DNA of 22,933 bases from Bdellovibrionota bacterium (lineage in GTDB: Bacteria; Bdellovibrionota_C; UBA2361; OMIW01): positions 1 through 22,933 of the forward strand of contig JBIJBT010000043.1 of NCBI GenBank assembly GCA_044345055.1, in the 5' to 3' direction. Position 1 is the stretch's first letter. Every line of letters starts with the position of its first letter. Below are positions 18,401 through 22,933 of this stretch, in pieces. The notes beneath the pieces are model-generated. The model had not been told where the DNA came from and searched no databases. It saw nothing but the letters and a program-made list of their open reading frames with translations. The position numbers and the translations under genes are program-made.

Positions 18401-18749
18401 AAAGCAGCTAGCGACTCTGAAAAAACAGATCCTCCTCACAACCAGAAACGTGAAGAAGAAATCTGCCCAGTGTAAGGCGATCAAAGATGTCCGTAAGAAG
18501 AGCTTATGTCTAAGAGATGTCAAAAAATTAAATACTCAATTAACATCACTTAAAAAAAGGCTTCAAAAAAGCTCAACTCATAATGGTTCTATCTCCTATA
18601 TCGCCGATTGCGACCAAGGAGTTCACATCTCGAGCGAACAGCGCTTTAATACCAGAGATATTTCCTGCCCTGCTGGCGCGAGCTGCACCGCCTTCACTAA
18701 CATAACCCAGTGGTTCAATACGGTAGTGACCAAGCATAGACCGGGATAG
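15498..18749 (+). CDS. Large secreted/surface protein with three CBM-like jelly-roll repeats, Ig-like domains and a Lys/Cys-rich C-terminal region
   Basis: Signal peptide MKVIIRIALSIVPLFGALFFAIAPLLARA-D. Internal repeats DYATLVLGDPWD / DYATVSRNDPWD / KPWNY. Ig-like motifs WDTTAVPVGTYWV and LSTGTHTIDVKSY. SD GAGG upstream. Confidence 0.8.
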   Translation: MKVIIRIALSIVPLFGALFFAIAPLLARADISFSPATTLNPCDDYATLVLGDPWDMSNKEDIVNFIPLDLTYISNPAFNSGEFSFTTTETNGGTVRFLAPQLPATLPLGGRWGANNPIDTQKYTHFTLRMATEALDSGYGLALVWNRSQNYGKENSYTQYTPTVPQKSTYTIDLSSIAIDSSRSDNLNPWQSGSIEGFGILPTVTKQSVTFDYARLEDPNSCGIGAITYTVTPSSGALLHNLYLDDDGTPFNGYIKKIVSGGTGNGSLSTTVSSLGLPPGSYYVSGFQTSDYATVSRNDPWDFNSLNDLLTTAGASNSSIANGKFAAVGNNPVLYLRLNPSENINATTFNKLSFKISPRTDVVVSYDNGSGITSVAATKNGADPDADGIYTLDLSGKPGWNGSINTLALSLNYPLNTPFEIDFVELNQGDFSLNDTLPITFSQSSSLKVFAPPLIKLQQPDLKGGIGVKPWNYLPGDVAFSENLITTSDPSVPGEPLSAYLPDTRLIGGVRGNFYKGTNSPGNDDPHDFLFFPYFTRTNNYTVDADSYRFMCVKMMIDREFDLGLGSVARLSFIGADDITRVTEEWGVISDRWSGNRWYEFCGDLATFFSEGDEGFHWKGEVKSLRLDPHEFHLDTCCTAAGAPFGSPTNATYYLDYLKLRRMDESRGKYALVFTKSDQDSLTTSTRFFYNSIRSTTGATEIPSSSLSCEGEVCIWDTTAVPVGTYWVLGEVSDGNLSTSRLSTGQLKVSNQGATQTSPTLIVESPQQDQVVCSTLQIKGYSLIPDRYEDVSAVQIFIDGVHFRTIYPQLYHPTAASQFSLADSSNAGFDENHDVSSLSTGTHTIDVKSYSSDGGITAESRRINKQVGCSDSAILDPLPNAPAQQIIRREDLAPGDTIALGLEPNSNNLRFLISGTRHCQMVRIGVSLKSGGPYTYIYANTNPSTIDTSFVTALSEGLPRYTATIVSSKQLATLKKQILLTTRNVKKKSAQCKAIKDVRKKSLCLRDVKKLNTQLTSLKKRLQKSSTHNGSISYIADCDQGVHISSEQRFNTRDISCPAGASCTAFTNITQWFNTVVTKHRPG

Positions 18750-18854
18750 CCTCTCCGTAGTACCATCCGACCGCCAACGGATTTACTCCGTATTGCGAGC
18801 CTGCTCGTTCGTTTGAGCAATTTTCCTGTTAACTGTCACGTTATTCGTACTGCT

Positions 18855-20168
18855 ATGGGCCGTTCCCTATCGTTCGCCAAGAAGCACGCTGCTGGGTTAA
18901 TAACCTGCTTGCTTTATCTTGTAATTCTTACTTTCTGGATCAAGGTTATCCCGATGTCAGGGGCCCCTGATGAGCAAATTCATCTTGAGGCAAATGCGCT
19001 CTTTATCGCAGATAACAATCGGTTGCCGGTGAGTGGTGTCGACGATCTTAGATTCCTCACGAACTGTCGAGTCAATCCGCTGGGCGCAATGCCGTGCACT
19101 AACAGCTATAATACATTTCCACAATTGAATTATTTGATATCGGCGGTAAGCATCAAACTGAATCGTCTGCTCGGACTCGTATCAGACGCAACTGCTGCGA
19201 GGCTTCCCCAGATTGTGTACGCCATAATATTTTTCACATCTCTTCACTTTTCTGTTGTATCGGTTGGTTTGGGCTCTTCTAAGGCTCTGATGATAGCCCT
19301 GTCAGTATGCCTTATTCCGCAGGTGATCTTTATCTTTTCTTACCTTAACCAGGATGCGTTTGCTCTTACATCAGCGTCACTCGTCCTTTTATCGTGCACA
19401 TTAGCCTTAGATAGAGGACGTCGCCACGGCACATTACCAACCAGTGCCGTCCTTTTCTTGGGAATATCGCTCGGATTATTACTCTCCTCGAAATACAATT
19501 ATTTCGCGCTGCTTCCTGCGATTTTTATTTATCTTGCCTACATTCTGCGTTCAACTATCCCTGAGAGGCGGGGCCAGTGGTTGGCGATAATAAAGATTTT
19601 CGTGATAGCAGGGCTTATCGCGGGTCCATGGTATCTGAGGAATCTCGTTCTCTATGGGGATCTTCTCGGTGGTAAGTTTCTCATCGAAACAATGTCAAAG
19701 TTTCATCCGCTCGGTACAGCTCGTACGATGAACCCATCCAACATTGAATTTTTGGTTGATAACGGCTGGTTCTACACGAATTTCAGAAGCTTCTTCGCGG
19801 TATTTGGATTTATGTCTCTTTTTCTTGGGAGCTTTTGGTATCTAATCGCTGCTCTCTTGGTTACAATCGCTATCGGTGGAGCGCTTTTCCTCGCCGGAGG
19901 TAGCCAACACTCGAAAGGTCCTGTTTTTATAGCACTCGGAACAACGGTGCTTATCATCGCAATGTCTGCCTACCACTCTCTTGCGATCGATTTTCAGGCT
20001 CAAGGACGGTATCTCTTTCCCATTCTATTCGGATTCATCCCAGCGATTACGATTCTCATGATTGAGTTTCCAAGACGGGTCGTAGCGTTTGTAGCTATCT
20101 GGGACCTGTTCCTACTTGCGATGCTAATTCGCTCCTCAGTGTTGATCTGTTCAACTTACTGCGTTTAA
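18855..20168 (+). CDS. Polytopic membrane glycosyltransferase, GT-C fold (ArnT/PMT-like, DUF2142-like)
   Basis: TM1 followed by PDEQIH (DE acidic motif in the first external loop), ARL, YLNQDAF, LSSKYN, PWYLRNLVLYGDLLG, QGRYLFP; about 10-12 hydrophobic segments. ATG 18855 is preferred over TTG 18813. Confidence 0.78.
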   Translation: MGRSLSFAKKHAAGLITCLLYLVILTFWIKVIPMSGAPDEQIHLEANALFIADNNRLPVSGVDDLRFLTNCRVNPLGAMPCTNSYNTFPQLNYLISAVSIKLNRLLGLVSDATAARLPQIVYAIIFFTSLHFSVVSVGLGSSKALMIALSVCLIPQVIFIFSYLNQDAFALTSASLVLLSCTLALDRGRRHGTLPTSAVLFLGISLGLLLSSKYNYFALLPAIFIYLAYILRSTIPERRGQWLAIIKIFVIAGLIAGPWYLRNLVLYGDLLGGKFLIETMSKFHPLGTARTMNPSNIEFLVDNGWFYTNFRSFFAVFGFMSLFLGSFWYLIAALLVTIAIGGALFLAGGSQHSKGPVFIALGTTVLIIAMSAYHSLAIDFQAQGRYLFPILFGFIPAITILMIEFPRRVVAFVAIWDLFLLAMLIRSSVLICSTYCV

Positions 20169-20230
20169 GTATTACCGCCGAACAAAAGGCTAATGCGTGC
20201 TCTTTATCGGCGATAACATGCCCACTGTAT

Positions 20231-20278
20231 GCAGACCCTGAAAAACTTCCTAGAGGAGTTTTTCAGGGTCTGCTTTTT
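20231..20278. terminator. Strong hairpin between convergent genes, likely bidirectional intrinsic terminator
   Basis: GCAGACCCTGAAAAAC (20231-20246) / GTTTTTCAGGGTCTGC (20258-20273) form a perfect 16-bp stem, with inner TCC/GGA and a TAGA loop, followed by TTTTT on +. Confidence 0.75.
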
Positions 20279-20280
20279 CA

Positions 20281-22260
20281 CTACCGTCGTCGACGCTTCT
20301 TTCGAGGTGTCGCCGTTGGGGTTGGTGTTAGGGTGGGACGTGGCGTTGGGGTTCTCGTTGGCGTCACAGTGGGTGTTGCCGTACGAGTTGCCGTTGCAGT
20401 CGCCACTACGGTCGGTGTTGGCGAGGGTGTCGGCGTTGCTGTTGCCGTCATCGTCGCAGTCACCGTTGGGGTCGCAGTAACAGTTGGCGTACTCGTCGGT
20501 GTTGCGGTTGCCGTGCGGGTCGCCGTTGCTGTTGCTGTTGCCGTTGCTGTGCGGGTCGCCGTCGGAGTCGCCGTCGCTGTTGCCGTCATCGTCGGAGTTG
20601 CCGTAGAGGTAGCGGTCGGCGTTCTCGTGGGTGTTGCAGTTGCAGTCGGTGCCACCGTTGCCGTAGCTGTTGGAATGGCAGTTGCGGTTGCGCGGGCGAC
20701 TGCAGAGAATACCATTGAAGGTAGCCCCTCGACGACGGTTGCGGTCTGCTCAGCAGGAACAAAGCTGTACGCTGCTGATGTTGGAACTACTCGGACTAAC
20801 GAGCCCTCACTAATCAAACCAGAGGTAAATTCACCACCAGCATTAGTAAACGCGGTCGTTGCAGTTCCTTCCGCAGACACAACAACTGGGACTCCAGCGA
20901 CCGGAGTCTGATTTGCTTTGATAACACCGGCAACGGGGTAACTAAACCCTATCGATCGAGCCAACGTACTTGCCTGAAACGCATCGAGTTGACCGCCTGA
21001 ACGAACTTTTCCGCTCAGAGACGAACGAGTCGCCGCTGATTGAAGCACTATCTGTTTTACCTGCGTAGCTGTCCTAGGTTGGCTGCTCTGAATCAAACCC
21101 ACCACACCCGCAACAAATGGCGCCGATGCACTGGTACCTGAGAGAAGTTGATAGTTGCCGAGAAGCCCATCGTACCCCACAGGAAAAGCAGAGATAACGC
21201 TCACACCGGGAGCTGCTATATCTACGGCCTGCCCGAAATTTGAGAAGGATGCCAAAGATCCATCAGTGGCAAGAGCACCGACTGATAAAACCGAATTTAA
21301 CTCATTCGAAAACGAAGCAGGATAAACTGGATTCGTGTCGTTTGAACTCGAACTATTTCCAGCTGACGCTACTGTCACAATCTGTGCTGCCTCCGCCGCC
21401 GCGAGAGCGTTGAGCTCTGCTTGGCTTCGTTCGGCACCACCGTAAGACATATTCATTACGACAACATTAACTCCGCTTTGACGAAGCCGAACTATATAGT
21501 CTATCGCCTGAATGGCCGAAGAAAGAGATCCTGTACCCGCAGCATCGAAGATCTTAATCGGAAGAATTGCACAGTTCCAACATACGCCCGACATACCAAC
21601 ACTGTTGTTGGTTGCAGCAGCCGCTATTGCAGCGACCTGAGTTCCGTGCCCATGGTCATCTTGCGGATAGTTATCGCCATTCGCAAAATCCCAACCGAAG
21701 AGATCATCGATAAAGCCGTTTCCATCATCGTCGATCCCATTTCCAGCAATTTCTCTCGTATTTTTCCACAATTTGGTGCTTAAGTCGGGGTGTGTCAGAT
21801 CGGCACCCGTATCAAGTATAGCGATAACAACTCCGGATGAGCCTTGAGTAAGATCCCAAGCTTCAACGCCCCGAACTCCGGGCAACCCTTTAAGACCCCA
21901 ACTACCAGCATCAAGAAAAAGTGGATCGTTAGGGTTAAGAGAAATACCGATCGATGAATCTGACTCGACCGAAGAGATCGCTGGTGATAGAGAAAGGGCT
22001 TGCATCTGTGATTGAGAGCCCTCTACAACAACTGAACCAAAAACGGTAACCGGGGATACTACTGCGCCCCCCAATGCAGCGATGACTGACATTGCCTCCG
22101 ATGTTCTTGGTTTTCCAGATTGATCTGAACTAATACCAACGATATACCTTCCCTCGGCATTTGCCACATCGAGAAAACTGCCCAAAATAGTCGAGAAAAC
22201 CGCGATCAACGAAAGAACCAGAGAAAACCTATATCGCACCGCACGAACAAACTGCCCCAT
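20281..22260 (-). CDS. Secreted S8 (subtilisin-like) serine protease with I9-like propeptide, beta-sandwich domain and Thr/Ala/Pro-rich tail
   Basis: Catalytic motifs ILDTG (Asp), HGHGTQVA (His), ASAGN (oxyanion Asn) and SGTSASAP (Ser); [23 protein letters not shown] insert. The ATG at 22260 has a strong SD (GGAGGAGGAGAGGAG) and is followed by a signal peptide ending ANA-EG. Confidence 0.93.
   Translation of the reverse strand: MGQFVRAVRYRFSLVLSLIAVFSTILGSFLDVANAEGRYIVGISSDQSGKPRTSEAMSVIAALGGAVVSPVTVFGSVVVEGSQSQMQALSLSPAISSVESDSSIGISLNPNDPLFLDAGSWGLKGLPGVRGVEAWDLTQGSSGVVIAILDTGADLTHPDLSTKLWKNTREIAGNGIDDDGNGFIDDLFGWDFANGDNYPQDDHGHGTQVAAIAAAATNNSVGMSGVCWNCAILPIKIFDAAGTGSLSSAIQAIDYIVRLRQSGVNVVVMNMSYGGAERSQAELNALAAAEAAQIVTVASAGNSSSSNDTNPVYPASFSNELNSVLSVGALATDGSLASFSNFGQAVDIAAPGVSVISAFPVGYDGLLGNYQLLSGTSASAPFVAGVVGLIQSSQPRTATQVKQIVLQSAATRSSLSGKVRSGGQLDAFQASTLARSIGFSYPVAGVIKANQTPVAGVPVVVSAEGTATTAFTNAGGEFTSGLISEGSLVRVVPTSAAYSFVPAEQTATVVEGLPSMVFSAVARATATAIPTATATVAPTATATPTRTPTATSTATPTMTATATATPTATRTATATATATATRTATATPTSTPTVTATPTVTATMTATATPTPSPTPTVVATATATRTATPTVTPTRTPTPRPTLTPTPTATPRKKRRRR
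20302..20697 (-). repeat. Low-complexity (A/P/V/R)-T dipeptide repeat region, about 130 aa
   Basis: [18 protein letters not shown]... Six-nt periodicity. Exact repeats GCTGTTGCCGTCATCGTCG (20438-20456, 20576-20594) and GTGCGGGTCGCCGT (20513-20526, 20549-20562). Confidence 0.9.
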
Positions 22261-22400
22261 ACTCCTCTCCTCCTCCATCACCGAACCAACCAAATAAGAT
22301 CGGCTCTTTGCCACAAATCTGAGCCATCTCTCATTCGACAAGACAAGGCCCAAGGTGACGCTGAAACGATTTCTATTGGATGTTTAATGATGCGTAAAAC

Positions 22401-22504
22401 ACCTAGTTTGAAATTCGCTACTTTTCAGCGACTAACTAATTTGTTTGATGCACCTGAATTCCGAACTGTACTAGGTTTTTTTAACTTTATATTTAACCTA
22501 GTTT
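22401..22504. promoter_or_regulatory. Three ACCTAGT motifs (direct and inverted) upstream of the S8 gene; possible operator
   Basis: ACCTAGTTT at 22401-22409 and 22496-22504. ACTAGGTT-N17-AACCTAGT inverted pair at 22470-22502. Confidence 0.4.
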
Positions 22505-22538
22505 TGGAAGGGGAATAACCGAAAAAAGCGGTAAAAAA

Positions 22539-22933
22539 TCAACGGGCCATGTGGCCCCAATCTACAAATATGGTTTCCTGCTCGAGTCCGAGCTCCTCAA
22601 GGACATAATTCATGATCTCTGCATCATCATTAAAGCCCGAGGCAAACTCAAGGTCGGGAAATGAATCATCATCGGAAACAAAATACCGCAACGCTCCTAC
22701 GACGAGAGCGCGGTGTTTTTCAGATATATGCGGATATCTTTCAAGAAGAAGACACGCCCGATCGTAGAGGTCACGTATAAGCTCTTTATTTACAAGGGGG
22801 CGATTGTCGGCCTCCGCGAGAACCACTGAATAAAAGTTTTCCAGCTCCTCTTTTAGCTGCGGAACCGTGTGAGGGGGAAGAGCTTCACAGAGCCTTTTAA
22901 AGTGTTTTTTGGCATTTGGCGGGAAGCTTGGGA
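22539..22933 (-). CDS. DUF1232/YkvA-like protein, 5'-truncated by the window edge
   Basis: The frame is open to the window end (PSFPPNAKKHFKRLCEAL...). ALRYFVSDDDSFPDLEFASGFNDDAEI matches the ALxYxxxxxDxxPDxxxxxGxxDD pattern. Confidence 0.7.
   Translation of the reverse strand, partial: PSFPPNAKKHFKRLCEALPPHTVPQLKEELENFYSVVLAEADNRPLVNKELIRDLYDRACLLLERYPHISEKHRALVVGALRYFVSDDDSFPDLEFASGFNDDAEIMNYVLEELGLEQETIFVDWGHMAR

Noticed and set aside
18750..18854. Several 5-6-bp hairpins between the secreted protein and GT-C genes
   Set aside because: Stems are too short to distinguish from chance, with no clear terminator signature.
20333..20911. 192-aa Val/Ala/Gly-rich ORF on +
   Set aside because: Antisense shadow of the Thr/Ala/Pro repeat of the S8 gene; ACN/GCN/CCN codons give no stops on the opposite strand.

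Overview
A 22.9-kb bacterial chromosomal segment from a diderm (Gram-negative-type envelope, since it encodes a TolC). It has 12 well-supported CDSs and no recognisable rRNA, tRNA, CRISPR array or transposase. Left: the 3' part of an RND efflux pump translationally coupled to a TolC-family channel. Centre (4.0-15.3 kb): an ABC-transporter-dependent surface-glycan cluster in three transcription units. These are wzm, wzt with a C-terminal carbohydrate-binding domain, and a 912-aa double-methyltransferase/coiled-coil protein (WbdD-like terminator/ruler); a minus-strand pair comprising a probable dual-domain ribofuranosyltransferase (HAD phosphatase + phosphoribosyltransferase) and a WsaF-like GT4; and a divergent double-GT2 polymerase. 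Right: a 1083-aa secreted protein with three CBM-like repeats, a GT-C-type membrane glycosyltransferase, a secreted S8 protease with a Thr/Ala/Pro tail ending in RKKRRRR, and a partial DUF1232/YkvA-like gene. The most interesting hypothesis is a length-controlled, methyl-capped, ribofuranose-containing glycan pathway with a possible dedicated GT-C transfer step onto secreted proteins. Several intergenic regions carry strong nested or alternative inverted repeats. All family calls come from reading motifs by eye; no database searches were run.
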